Positions 1-10,548 of a stretch of DNA of 64,000 bases are shown here, piece after piece. Each line of letters begins with the position of its first letter. Position 1 is the first letter of the stretch. The stretch covers positions 37,110-101,109 of the IMG/VR virus record IMGVR_UViG_3300042731_001312; one strand, given 5' to 3'. Both the position numbers and the translations under genes were made by a program. The notes under the pieces were generated by a model. That model saw only the letters and a list, made by a program, of their open reading frames with translations. It ran no database searches and was not told where the DNA came from. The stretch comes from a virus.

Positions 1-2
1 CT

Positions 3-3000
3 GCAAATAATGGTCAGCTTAAATTTAAGGTATTAAACTCTTATATTAATGATGATGCTAAGTCAGCAATACCACCCTTCAGCCTGATTGATAACACTCC
101 AACTTTAGGGTATGCTCATATTTCAGATAACTTCTATAAAATATCGCCTAGAGTTCTATATAAACCAGAAAATCTAGAGGTTATTGTAGAGGATAGTGCT
201 AATAAAATACCAGCTGAGGTGAAATTAGCTCCTACTGGAAGATCAATAGAGATGAGTACTAGCTCAGCGGCTGGTAATGATTTCATTAAACTAGATGTTG
301 TCGATACTCCTGCTGTAAACGACAGGTTAGCTATATTCCCTTCAAAGGAACAGACATACAGGATTAAGTTTAGTAGATATACTCAAAACGACTCGTTCAC
401 TTTAGGTTTAATTGTAGACCCTAATGGAGGTTATACTTCTATTAATTTCACTCTACAAGCAGATTTGGATGATTCAATTAATCTATTGAATTTCATCTTC
501 AACGCACCTAGTGGTGGTAATATTGTTTTTGAAAAAGAAACGGATTCTAGTATTATCTTTTACGAGAAGAAAGGTACACTTAGGCCAATGGAGCCTATGT
601 TGACCCCAGATGTAAATAATACTACTCTGGCTAGAATTGAAGAATTACAAGTACCTTATGACCTAGCAAATAATATGTTCTTTGCTGTAGACCATTTACC
701 GGCGGGCCACTTTAATGGTACTAGCTTCTCAAGCCAGGGCACTAAGTCTGAAATAGCTTCTGCTCTTGCAAAGGCTATTAATTCTATTGATAATGGATTT
801 ACTGCAATAACGTATGATAAGGCAGAACATCTTTATATTAAAACAAATGTAATTGGCTATAAACTTTTACAGGCTGGCGTTGCTATTCCACATGATAATT
901 CCAGCGATTGGTTAACTATCGATGAGGCTAATAGAGATGATGGTAATTTACTAAGATTAAATATTATAGAGAACGCCACGGTAGATCTTTTATCTAATAG
1001 TAGTATTTACTATTTTAGTGGCGGTAATGCTGCTGGTAAATCAGTACTGGTTACTGAGGATTCTGTTAGTAATATTAATGCCGGTGATTATATTGAAACT
1101 AGATCTAGTGGAGTATATAATAGGGTGGTGGATATTGTTGATGATATTGAAAGATTACCTATGCAATATAAAAAGGTAATTTTAGAGAGAATTAATACTA
1201 TTGACGCTGGTGAGATTAATGTATTTGCAGATAACCTAGTTAGATTAGGCTTATTTTCAGCGTTTGATATTCATGATATGAACTTTGATTTTTATGATAC
1301 ATCAAACTCTGATTTAAAAGAACTTCAATGGGAAACACATGGTGAAATAAATTATGAACCTGAGGTTAATAACCTAAACGATATTTACCCATTTGGTGAT
1401 AAAGATAACACTGATTATACATTAGACCCTATTAACTATTTCACCGGATTAAGCGATGTATTAGCAGAAGAAACCGCTGATGAGTTTGATGAAGTTATTA
1501 TTCAAAGTGAATACGATAGGCTACAAGAGAATAACTTGAAAGAATATGCTGTAACTTCTAGAGTAGTTCCTACAATTAACAAGTGGGTTCTAAAAGATGT
1601 CACTACTGTTAGAGAGCAGCCTTATTATTTAAACGCTAATGAGGCGTTTGGTAGATCTAATTTTGCAGCAGACTTGTCTTTCCCTAATAGAGATAGACTG
1701 GGCATGACGCACGAGTGGTTCTATATTAATAATTTACCAACACATCTAATTAAAAACCAAGGTGATAATCAAAACCCAGCGTATAGGCTAAACGAATCAT
1801 TTAGTTATATTAACTTTATGGAAGGGTTTGAAATGACGCCAGCTCTATTCAAAGATGTTAATTACAATTACTTCGATAGATTCTTTGTAACAGAAGGGTT
1901 TGAAACTATTGGTGATAATAACTACAAGACGTTTGTAAAAACCAACAGACAGAAGAAATATACTACCGTCAACGGCGGTAATGATATGGCTTTCGCTGAT
2001 ACAATATTTAAAGGTTTAAAAGTAATCTTTAAGAATAGAAAAGAGTTTGCTTCTAGTAGCCCTGTTGATTTTGTGAAATCACCTGAGTTCAATGGATATA
2101 AGTTTAGTATCTTATTAAATGTAAAAACAGCACAAGAGTCTAATGGTATTGAGTACGAAGTTATTCAAAATAAGAAGTTTAAGTTTGTAGTATTCTTTAT
2201 TTCTCTAAGCATTGATGATCTTTGGGCAGATAAGACTCTGACTAGAAAATTATTATATGAGTTAAATCACTCTTTAGTTTGGAATAATGAGGAACAAACG
2301 TTTAAGTATTCTGATATTAAATTAGACGGCTCTTTAGATCTTAATTCTGCAAACCTAACTAATCCTGCAGCACCTGATTATTTAAAGATACAGGGCCTGA
2401 TGCACGCGGACGGTACAGAACCACAATATTTAGAACAGGTAAATAAAAACGTCGATGACGAGTTTGGTAATATATTAGTCGAGATAAACACTGCATTTGG
2501 ACCACAATACTTATTGTTAGAGATTGCTAAAATTGATGGACAAGATGGTATGACTCTAAAGTCACCGCCTAAAGATATTACAAACGGTGATGTTAATCCA
2601 CCAGACGCTGATATTGATAATCTGCCCCACTACTTACAATACAATGCTAAGTATACTTATATCCAAGGGGGTATCAATGCGTACAAAGCAATCTTAGACG
2701 CATTAACTGCTAAAAACGTAGCAGATATGTTATTAAGAGACCCTGGTAATGTGGAATATACTACTGTGAATCTAGATGGCAGCATTTCTAAAAATAGATT
2801 TATTATTCTGTTCGAAGATGGTGTTGAGATAGTTAAAGAGTCTTATATTGTAACAGTTGAAGATGATGACAAACCTGAATCGTTTAAATTATTCTCCGGT
2901 AATATAGGCTATAATCTAGATAGAGGCTTAACTTACTATCCGTTTTTAATTAGACATAATGGTGGTTATACAATTGATACTAGACCTGTAGTAACATTTA

Positions 3001-3989
3001 CTGATGTTTACTCACACATGAAAACTAATACTCTACAGAATAGCGTTAATTCTACTGAGGTCTTGTTAGAAGAACAGATGTATAAGCATTCGCTTTCTAA
3101 CGTTGCTGAAATTGAATTAGCGAAAGATTACTATAAGAAATATAATAGATGTGGAGTAGCGTTTAACTTAGGTTTTATTTATGATGGTGGAAATCATGAT
3201 GCTAACTGGGGTTATATTAAAAACCACTTCTATAGAAAGGTAAATGAATTTAATACAAGTGGTGTAACTAAATTATCTACATCGACTGATAAACTACCAC
3301 TCTACCCATTAATAGGTGAAGTGGCAATTGATAAAAAAGACGTACACGTCTTTAAATCTTCGTGGGATAAAAACTATTATACTAGATCTTTATCAGGTGG
3401 AGTAAATGAACAAGTACCGGGAACATTTGAGACTAAGGAGGAGAGATCGTATTTAGCCTCTACAATTATGAAAGTAAAAGATAGTTATACTCTGTTAGAT
3501 TTTGAAGTCCAGCAAGTGGAATCAGAAGCAGAACAAGACGATATTTTACAGAGCTCAACTAACACAACAGACGTTGTAATGTTTGAGGATGATGAAAGAG
3601 TTGTATTTGATTTTTATATCGACTTTTCAGTTAATAAAAAATTAAGTACAGACGGCGTATTGTCGGGTATTACAAAATATGTAACTCCTGAAAATTCTGC
3701 TGAAGATAAGACTACTTTAGTAGATGATGCAGCGCTGTATATTGATAAAAATTTGGTTAATATATTTAATTTGAATCAAATTAAACTCTATACTAAGCGT
3801 ATAAAAGGGGAACCATCTACACTTGAAAGCGTGTCAACGCTAGATGGACTAGATGACAACGGTTTTGTAGCGGATCAGAACTTCTCATTCACTGCGCACG
3901 AGCAAAAGCCCCTTAATTTTAGATTGATATATAATAAAAGATTAGGTTACTCTTATAGAATTAGACCTATGGTAAAAATAACGTCATAA
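3..3989 (+). CDS. Very large probable virion (baseplate/tail) protein, 5'-truncated by the window edge
   Basis: The frame of the 219..3989 ORF is open back to position 3 with no stop. Beta-rich composition; lies upstream of fibre and tail genes. No recognised motif. Confidence 0.55.
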   Translation, partial: ANNGQLKFKVLNSYINDDAKSAIPPFSLIDNTPTLGYAHISDNFYKISPRVLYKPENLEVIVEDSANKIPAEVKLAPTGRSIEMSTSSAAGNDFIKLDVVDTPAVNDRLAIFPSKEQTYRIKFSRYTQNDSFTLGLIVDPNGGYTSINFTLQADLDDSINLLNFIFNAPSGGNIVFEKETDSSIIFYEKKGTLRPMEPMLTPDVNNTTLARIEELQVPYDLANNMFFAVDHLPAGHFNGTSFSSQGTKSEIASALAKAINSIDNGFTAITYDKAEHLYIKTNVIGYKLLQAGVAIPHDNSSDWLTIDEANRDDGNLLRLNIIENATVDLLSNSSIYYFSGGNAAGKSVLVTEDSVSNINAGDYIETRSSGVYNRVVDIVDDIERLPMQYKKVILERINTIDAGEINVFADNLVRLGLFSAFDIHDMNFDFYDTSNSDLKELQWETHGEINYEPEVNNLNDIYPFGDKDNTDYTLDPINYFTGLSDVLAEETADEFDEVIIQSEYDRLQENNLKEYAVTSRVVPTINKWVLKDVTTVREQPYYLNANEAFGRSNFAADLSFPNRDRLGMTHEWFYINNLPTHLIKNQGDNQNPAYRLNESFSYINFMEGFEMTPALFKDVNYNYFDRFFVTEGFETIGDNNYKTFVKTNRQKKYTTVNGGNDMAFADTIFKGLKVIFKNRKEFASSSPVDFVKSPEFNGYKFSILLNVKTAQESNGIEYEVIQNKKFKFVVFFISLSIDDLWADKTLTRKLLYELNHSLVWNNEEQTFKYSDIKLDGSLDLNSANLTNPAAPDYLKIQGLMHADGTEPQYLEQVNKNVDDEFGNILVEINTAFGPQYLLLEIAKIDGQDGMTLKSPPKDITNGDVNPPDADIDNLPHYLQYNAKYTYIQGGINAYKAILDALTAKNVADMLLRDPGNVEYTTVNLDGSISKNRFIILFEDGVEIVKESYIVTVEDDDKPESFKLFSGNIGYNLDRGLTYYPFLIRHNGGYTIDTRPVVTFTDVYSHMKTNTLQNSVNSTEVLLEEQMYKHSLSNVAEIELAKDYYKKYNRCGVAFNLGFIYDGGNHDANWGYIKNHFYRKVNEFNTSGVTKLSTSTDKLPLYPLIGEVAIDKKDVHVFKSSWDKNYYTRSLSGGVNEQVPGTFETKEERSYLASTIMKVKDSYTLLDFEVQQVESEAEQDDILQSSTNTTDVVMFEDDERVVFDFYIDFSVNKKLSTDGVLSGITKYVTPENSAEDKTTLVDDAALYIDKNLVNIFNLNQIKLYTKRIKGEPSTLESVSTLDGLDDNGFVADQNFSFTAHEQKPLNFRLIYNKRLGYSYRIRPMVKITS

Positions 3990-3993
3990 AGGC

Positions 3994-5940
3994 ATGGCCA
4001 TTAATATTCAAGAAATACTACATCCTAGTGACTCTAACCAGATTAAGTGGGAAAAGGTTAACTATAACTTTGACCAAATCCTGGCTAATGGTGGCGGGCC
4101 GAAGGGACAAAAAGGCTCGAAAGGGATTCAAGGCGCGGTCGGTCAAACCGGTGCAAAAGGTGAACAAGGGTTTAAAGGTGAAAAGGGTGAAACAGGTGCA
4201 ACTACATCTAGATGGAAAACAATTACAGTTGATGAGAGTCCAGAAGATGGTATTGCAGAATACGTAATCTTAAAACCTAAAGTCTCTACGGATAACTATC
4301 ACCCTGTAATTTTCTTGGGTGACCAAACATTTGATGAACTAGCAGAGCAGGACGGTGAGATCAGATTAAGATCTACCCTGACTATTGGTAGACATGCGGT
4401 GGAAGGTTTAAGCCCGTCTAATGAACTATTAACTTTATGGCACGGTGAAAGAACCGGCACAACTAATAATATAGCCATTACTTTTTCAACTTCTGAAGAG
4501 ACTGATGGTACAACAGATTGGACTAGATTCACATTAGATGAAACATACGGTCTTAATCTAAATACTAATCCAGCTGAAGTTATTGAATTTTACGCTGGCC
4601 TAGATAAATGGACATTTAACACTAATGTTTCTTTTGATGGTACAGATAGCACATTAAAATTACCTAATACATTTATTGCAGCTAATCTTTTAGAGGCAGG
4701 TATGATTAGGTTCTATGATAATTCTTTTTGGGGTGTAATTGACAACGCAGGTACTTTAGAGTGGAAGCAATTCTGTATGGCTCCATGTGGTGCTGGTATT
4801 GGTGGCTCTGTAAGTATTGTCGAAGAAGGTGATTTAGTTCTAAATCAATTCGGTAATCCATGGGGCAACTCAGTGAATATTGTTGAAGAGGGTAACTTAG
4901 AATTAAATAATACAGGCCAACCTTGGGGTGGTAACACTACTACGACCACGGCTAGCCCATCTCCAGCTCCATATACAATATCTTTTGATGATGGTAATAT
5001 TTTAGGACTTGGTTCTACGGGCGGATCTTTAGAGATTGCATATACAACAGGCCCAGTTGATGGTTTAATTTTATATGATAGTATTGTAACTACTCCTAGT
5101 TGGGTAACAGTTGATTCATATTTAGAGGGCTCGTTAGATTGTAGCGTAAGTACTAATACGGGTGGTGCTAGATCTGGTGTAATTACAATTAAACACCCGA
5201 ATAACATTGGTGTAACAGATACTATTACAATATCACAGAATGCTGCACCAGCGACGACACAGGCTCCTACGACACAGGCTCCTACGACGACTGCGGCGCC
5301 GGTAACGCTAACCTTATATGATAACGGTTCCGCTACAGCACCTCTAACGTTCTCGTCAACGGTTTCTAGTAAATTAGCAAGCTGGTCAATAAGTCAATCT
5401 GGTTCAGTAACTGTTGGTAATGTTCCTAACTGGCTAACGGTCTCCGTGGCTAACCTGGCTTCAAATGGTGGAACTATAACAATGAATTTAGCGCAGTCGC
5501 CAGTAGATTCAATAGCCACAACACTTACCGTTGAAGATAATTACGGTAATACTGGTACTATTTGGGTACAATATGATGCGGGTGGTAGAGAAGTTATTAC
5601 AACGACAACTGACTCTGGTGCAGGTGGAGGTACAGGTGAAACAACGACAACTGACTCCGGCGCAGGTGGAGGTACAGGTGAAACTACGACGACTAGCGCA
5701 CCTACCGGCTCCGGGGGTGGTTCTGGGGAAGGTAGCGGTACTTGTAGGAGTTACACATTAAATAATAATAGTTACAACGCCTCTATTTTATATTCATACT
5801 ACCACTGTACTAATGGTTACACGACAGTAACCGTAGGACCGTACATGCCTATAACAGTTTGTTCTGAAGGGGCACCAACTTGTACGTCTAACTGTAGTGG
5901 TGCATCTATTACAGGTGGAACTCAATCATGCATTGGTTAA
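3994..5940 (+). CDS. Tail fibre/adhesin-like protein with collagen repeats, BACON-like Ig domains, Thr-rich linkers and a Cys-rich tip
   Basis: G-X-Y run GPKGQKGSKGIQGAVGQTGAKGEQGFKGEKGETG; BACON-like PSWVTV...VSTNTGGARSGVITI...TITISQ; late motif at 3926. Confidence 0.7.
   Translation: MAINIQEILHPSDSNQIKWEKVNYNFDQILANGGGPKGQKGSKGIQGAVGQTGAKGEQGFKGEKGETGATTSRWKTITVDESPEDGIAEYVILKPKVSTDNYHPVIFLGDQTFDELAEQDGEIRLRSTLTIGRHAVEGLSPSNELLTLWHGERTGTTNNIAITFSTSEETDGTTDWTRFTLDETYGLNLNTNPAEVIEFYAGLDKWTFNTNVSFDGTDSTLKLPNTFIAANLLEAGMIRFYDNSFWGVIDNAGTLEWKQFCMAPCGAGIGGSVSIVEEGDLVLNQFGNPWGNSVNIVEEGNLELNNTGQPWGGNTTTTTASPSPAPYTISFDDGNILGLGSTGGSLEIAYTTGPVDGLILYDSIVTTPSWVTVDSYLEGSLDCSVSTNTGGARSGVITIKHPNNIGVTDTITISQNAAPATTQAPTTQAPTTTAAPVTLTLYDNGSATAPLTFSSTVSSKLASWSISQSGSVTVGNVPNWLTVSVANLASNGGTITMNLAQSPVDSIATTLTVEDNYGNTGTIWVQYDAGGREVITTTTDSGAGGGTGETTTTDSGAGGGTGETTTTSAPTGSGGGSGEGSGTCRSYTLNNNSYNASILYSYYHCTNGYTTVTVGPYMPITVCSEGAPTCTSNCSGASITGGTQSCIG
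5599..5682 (+). repeat. 42-bp tandem repeat x2 (TTTTDSGAGGGTGE)
   Basis: acaacgacaactgactcYggYgcaggtggaggtacaggtgaa at 5599-5640 and 5641-5682. Confidence 0.9.
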
Positions 5941-5951
5941 TATTGTAAATT

Positions 5952-6758
5952 ATGAAAGATAAAATAAAAAATATACTCTCGAATAGGACTCTAGTAACAT
6001 TTATCGCTGGAGCTCTTTTCGTATTGCTATTTCTTAAACAGTGTAATCAAATATCTGAATTAAAACAAGATGTAAAATACGCACAAGAAGACGCTGGTAT
6101 TGCACTAAGTAATTTTAGAGCAGCCCAAGATTCTATTAAGATATTAGTTGATAAGAACGGTAATCAATTGGCTCAAATTAGATCTTTTACTATTGATTTA
6201 GATGATAAGAAGAATCAACTAATCAGCATGACTAATAAGTATAAGAAGGCTCTTAAATTAAACGATGAGCTTGAAGGAGTTAACGCTTTAATCTCAGCTG
6301 AGCTTGCGTTAAAAGATAGCCTATTAGCAGAAGCAACTATAACTAGAATAGACTCTACTACAGCAAAAGTTAACTTTAGTTCATTTGATGATTTCGGCAA
6401 TGGTAATACTAGATCTTTAACAGGGTCAAGCTTGATTAAATATAATTACGGTAATTTTCAAGTTACTGACAGTAAGTTTGAAATTAGAAATACCCTAAGC
6501 CTATTAGCTGCTATTGAAAATGTAGATGGTAGTGATGTACTAAAATTATCAACATCATATCCTGGTTTAGAGATTAGAGATATTGAAAATTTAAATCTAA
6601 TTAATACTAGATTAAATAGAAAAATAGAGAAAAAAGCAGGCTGGTCAATTGGTATTGGTGTGGGTTATGGTATTAACCTTAATAATAACCAAGTGATTAG
6701 CACCGGACCAAGTATTGGCTTAGGCTTATACTGGTCTCCAAAATTCTTAAGATTTTAA
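5952..6758 (+). CDS. Membrane-anchored coiled-coil protein, possible spanin-like lysis protein
   Basis: N-terminal TM (LVTFIAGALFVLLFL), coiled coil, C-terminal amphipathic beta hairpin WSIGIGVGYG...GPSIGLGLYW ending in Phe. Confidence 0.45.
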   Translation: MKDKIKNILSNRTLVTFIAGALFVLLFLKQCNQISELKQDVKYAQEDAGIALSNFRAAQDSIKILVDKNGNQLAQIRSFTIDLDDKKNQLISMTNKYKKALKLNDELEGVNALISAELALKDSLLAEATITRIDSTTAKVNFSSFDDFGNGNTRSLTGSSLIKYNYGNFQVTDSKFEIRNTLSLLAAIENVDGSDVLKLSTSYPGLEIRDIENLNLINTRLNRKIEKKAGWSIGIGVGYGINLNNNQVISTGPSIGLGLYWSPKFLRF

Positions 6759-6761
6759 AAC

Positions 6762-8831
6762 ATGGCTGAATCATCAAGATATTTCAGAATAGACCAAGAC
6801 ATTCTACTTGAGTTTATCTACCACGATCAGGCAGATCCTGAAAAGTATCGTATTGAGGTAGATGATAATGGTAGTGAGGTAATGTTCTTAGATGTGGAAC
6901 AGGGTAATCCCTTTGGGACTAGACACCTGATTCATGAGCTAGGTAGTGCAGTTGTCAACTTTGATGTAACTGAAATTTCTGGTTATCTTGCGGTTGAAAA
7001 CTTTGCTGCTAGAACTCTACTACTACAAAACGGTAAGACCTATAAATTTGATCTAAGTGCGCTGGCTAATCCGGCTGACTTTTCGATCAGCGGTAGTTTA
7101 GGTATATACTCGTACTCTGCTACAACTCAAATTGGAGAATTTACTCCTAACACAAACGGTACTGTAGATTATTCTTACCCTGGTTTAATAGGCGGTAAGA
7201 TTACGGTTGATACTAGAGCTAACCCTCTATTTGCGTCACCTGACGAAGCAACAGGAAATGATATAAACCAGACTATTGGTAGATACCATGCTGTTAATGT
7301 TCCAGGTGGGGACAAGACTAAATATGCTCTATTAGGGTATGATTCTACCGGTAATTATGAAATGCATAATTTCATTAATAATTCGTTAGAGTGGACTGGA
7401 TCTAGAGAAAACGATATGTTGAATTATCAGCAAGATGCTACTGATAATATTAATTTTATCTTATATGATACTGTAAGACTACACTTAAGATCTGGATTTT
7501 CTTTTGCTGCTAGAGGTTATGAGGGTTTCTTATTCGAGGTTAGTACTGAGAGAAATAATGCTGTTAAAAACTTTTTAACTCAATTAGTTTATCTAAATCA
7601 AAGTAACTATGAGTTCTCTAACCCAAGACCATTTATTTTAGGTGAGACTCTTTGGTCTAAATATATTAATATCAAAGTACCTTCAATTGTTGGTCAAAAC
7701 CAAGAGTTCTTAGATAGATTCTATGGAGATGGTACATTAGGTGGTAGTGATCTTAATCCATATTCTAACTATAATATTTCTTTTAAACTATTAGATCAGT
7801 TACAGACTATTAATGGTTATGATTTTGTATATACCGCAGAGGGTAATGATTTTACCGTTGCTAGAGAAGATGAATATGTTGATTTTACAGTTGTAGTGGA
7901 AGATGCTAATGACGGAGATTACTTTAAGATCTACGGAGAGAAGGATAACTCTTTAGCCGGCTTCGAGGGCCACATTCTAAATAGAATACAAACTTCTTCA
8001 GATGATATTGTAGTTATTTTCGATGTAGATGTTTTTGAGCAAATAGGAACATCTTATGTGAAAACTTCTACTAATACGTTTACCCAATACGAAGATTTTA
8101 GTACTCCTATTACGTTTAGACCTGTGATTCAAAATGCTGGTACTGCTGTTAATTTCTCGATCGACGTAACGATGAGAATTTACAACCAGACTGATAATAC
8201 TCAAATCACTAAACGAGCGTCGCTAATAACACACCAAGCAAATAAGTATGGTAAAAGATTAGCTGCTCTAAAGATTGATAATCCAAATATTTTAACAGAA
8301 GTCTATAATGTTTTACCTAGTTTAACTTCTAATAAAACTATCTCAGGGTTTATCACTGATAATTTACCTAGATCTGTAAAATACGTACCCACATTTATTG
8401 AGAGGTACAACGTAATTGCATCGGCATCTAAGGTAGAGTTATTAGGCGCAGGAACTAACGAGATGATTAAAGATGTGGAAGAGGTGGATTCTTCTGGCTT
8501 TGTAAATGAAGGAGACTTAAATATTAGTATTCCACCGTTTGCTACATATATTAAATTCGTAATAGGCAAGAAAAGAGGGGATGACTTTGAGTTAATTTCT
8601 TTTGAGAATGCCGAGCTGGTGATTTTAACCTTTAATGATGGTGCAACTAAATTGAAGTTCAACCACGTCTATAACAAAGATATTGATATGGGTAACGGTG
8701 AAGTCTTATTTAAGATTAACGAACAGAACGCTAATACAATTAGAGGCATGAAGTCTAATACATTCTATATCAGTATTGATAATGGTACAGATGAGACTAT
8801 GATTACTAAAGGAAAATTCACTAACGTATAA
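6762..8831 (+). CDS. Probable virion structural protein
   Basis: 689 aa beta-rich ORF in a late operon, coupled to the gp3-like gene. Confidence 0.45.
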   Translation: MAESSRYFRIDQDILLEFIYHDQADPEKYRIEVDDNGSEVMFLDVEQGNPFGTRHLIHELGSAVVNFDVTEISGYLAVENFAARTLLLQNGKTYKFDLSALANPADFSISGSLGIYSYSATTQIGEFTPNTNGTVDYSYPGLIGGKITVDTRANPLFASPDEATGNDINQTIGRYHAVNVPGGDKTKYALLGYDSTGNYEMHNFINNSLEWTGSRENDMLNYQQDATDNINFILYDTVRLHLRSGFSFAARGYEGFLFEVSTERNNAVKNFLTQLVYLNQSNYEFSNPRPFILGETLWSKYINIKVPSIVGQNQEFLDRFYGDGTLGGSDLNPYSNYNISFKLLDQLQTINGYDFVYTAEGNDFTVAREDEYVDFTVVVEDANDGDYFKIYGEKDNSLAGFEGHILNRIQTSSDDIVVIFDVDVFEQIGTSYVKTSTNTFTQYEDFSTPITFRPVIQNAGTAVNFSIDVTMRIYNQTDNTQITKRASLITHQANKYGKRLAALKIDNPNILTEVYNVLPSLTSNKTISGFITDNLPRSVKYVPTFIERYNVIASASKVELLGAGTNEMIKDVEEVDSSGFVNEGDLNISIPPFATYIKFVIGKKRGDDFELISFENAELVILTFNDGATKLKFNHVYNKDIDMGNGEVLFKINEQNANTIRGMKSNTFYISIDNGTDETMITKGKFTNV

Positions 8832-9382
8832 TGATACTCAATAGTAGAAATAATTCATTTGATTTTAGATTTCCAAGAAACTTTATTCCTAAAGAAGTAT
8901 CTGAGAAATACAAGAAGTACTTGAACAAAGTGCCTGGTGGACTTTTAGCCGAACCTGTTGATTTTGTCAATTACTCTATCCAGGGTATTAACATCCCAGG
9001 TGTGGCGTTTGACCCAATTACTCAAGCAGATAATGATGGTACAACAAGATACCATAGAGGTGCAGTGCCAATTCAGAATACAATTACTAGAGAGTTCACA
9101 GTGACTATGCAACTCCTAGATGGTTTTATTAACTACTGGATTATGATGGACACTCTACTTTATTATTATGCAAGGTCTACTAAAGAGCCTTACATTGACC
9201 CATTTACTCTAAGGATATTAGATGCTGAAGGTAGTTCGGTGGCATATATGGAGTTCAATAAAATTATTATGAATTCTATCAATGAGCTTAATCTTAACAT
9301 GGCAGAGAACGTCGCAGATTTTAGCACGTTTGAATGTACATTTGTATACAATAAGCTCGACCTGAAATTAGAAATAGAATAA
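8831..9382 (+). CDS. Tail tube terminator/completion protein (T4 gp3-like, tail-tube fold)
   Basis: IQGINIPGV...FTVTMQLLDGFINYWIM resembles gp3 AQSVPIPGI...LIVRFIVDEELKSWIGM; similar size. Confidence 0.6.
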   Translation: MILNSRNNSFDFRFPRNFIPKEVSEKYKKYLNKVPGGLLAEPVDFVNYSIQGINIPGVAFDPITQADNDGTTRYHRGAVPIQNTITREFTVTMQLLDGFINYWIMMDTLLYYYARSTKEPYIDPFTLRILDAEGSSVAYMEFNKIIMNSINELNLNMAENVADFSTFECTFVYNKLDLKLEIE

Positions 9383-9395
9383 AGATATATAAATC

Positions 9396-9767
9396 ATGAG
9401 AACATTTAATGAATATTTAGTAGAGCAAAAGATTACTGAGACTGATATGCAACTCTTACAAGAGGGTTTACAGTCTGAGTGGACTCCTGAACTAGAAGAA
9501 AAGGTAGATCTAGCTCTAGAACAATTTGTAACACAGTACCTAAACGAAGAGACTGGGCAATTTGATTTAGATAGATTAGAAGAAGATATAATTGAAGAGG
9601 GTCTACTAGGTTCTATTATTGGTGGTCTAACTGGTTTTGCATTAGGCAAATCAATTGGTAAAATGATCGCTAAGGTTCTCGGTATTCAAAAAGGTATCTT
9701 CTACGATTTATTAACCTCCAGATTAGTCGGTGCTGCCCTAGGCGCTGCAATGGGAAAAAGAATCTAA
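9396..9767 (+). CDS. Small probable internal head protein with CTS-like N-terminus and glycine-zipper C-terminus
   Basis: MRTFNEYLVE resembles the T4 CTS MKTYQEFIAE; late motif at 9384; C-terminal GLLGSIIGGLTGFALG. Confidence 0.5.
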   Translation: MRTFNEYLVEQKITETDMQLLQEGLQSEWTPELEEKVDLALEQFVTQYLNEETGQFDLDRLEEDIIEEGLLGSIIGGLTGFALGKSIGKMIAKVLGIQKGIFYDLLTSRLVGAALGAAMGKRI

Positions 9768-9768
9768 T

Positions 9769-10440
9769 TTGAATCTCGTCACAGTCGACTTCTCGCTTAA
9801 TTCCCCTGGTATTTGTATCTGGCAGTCTGATACAGATGAATATCACTTTGTCTCCTATATTAAAGCAGGTCAAGGTACAAAAGCAGAACAAAAACACCAA
9901 GAAGAAATTTCTACGTTCTCAGACGTAACTCTAGTTCATCAACCCGACTGGAAAGCTAATTTAGGTGATTATGCTAAAAATGAATTGGCTAAAGTCAGAA
10001 GATATATGCAAATGGCAGATCAGATTATTAATCTAATTGTCAGCATTACACAAACTAAGCAAAATTACTATATTGCTTTCGAGGGCTCATCTTATGGTTC
10101 AAAGATGGGTACTAATAATATCATCGACATGGCGGCAGGTGCAGCCATTCTAAAAGAACAGATGATTTCTCAGCTTGACGTCAAAGATCTATTGACAGTA
10201 GCTCCTACTACAATTAAGAAACATGCTGGAAAGGGTAATATGAATAAAGCTGCTCTATGGAAAGCTTTTATCGATAATGTTTTACAAGATGAACAACTTG
10301 CAAAGTCGTCCCTATTCACTTATTGTCAGAAAGAAATTGGAGAGGTTAAGAAAGTTCCAAAGCCATTTGACGATCTAGTTGATGCCTGGTTTCTTAATCA
10401 TTATTTACTAACTCAACTCGAGGGAAATTTGCCAGACTAA
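9769..10440 (+). CDS. RuvC-like Holliday junction resolvase
   Basis: VDFSLNSPG, IAFEGSSYGS, VAPTTIKK..GKGNMNK, DDLVDAW match the RuvC catalytic pattern; TTG start. Confidence 0.8.
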   Translation: MNLVTVDFSLNSPGICIWQSDTDEYHFVSYIKAGQGTKAEQKHQEEISTFSDVTLVHQPDWKANLGDYAKNELAKVRRYMQMADQIINLIVSITQTKQNYYIAFEGSSYGSKMGTNNIIDMAAGAAILKEQMISQLDVKDLLTVAPTTIKKHAGKGNMNKAALWKAFIDNVLQDEQLAKSSLFTYCQKEIGEVKKVPKPFDDLVDAWFLNHYLLTQLEGNLPD

Positions 10441-10519
10441 CCAAGTCTCTGCCTTCAGGCTAATCTCTGCCTACAGTTCCATCCGCTAACTAATCTTTCC
10501 CCTGGGGTTAAATACATAA

Positions 10520-10548
10520 CTTATATGCGACTTCCCAGAAAAGGTTTC
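10520..10548 (-). promoter_or_regulatory. Orphan middle-type promoter
   Basis: Minus strand GAAAC-N18-TATAAG with only a 10-codon ORF downstream. Confidence 0.55.

Noticed and set aside
5250-5940. Diversity-generating retroelement variable region
   Set aside because: No reverse transcriptase or template-repeat copy seen in the window.
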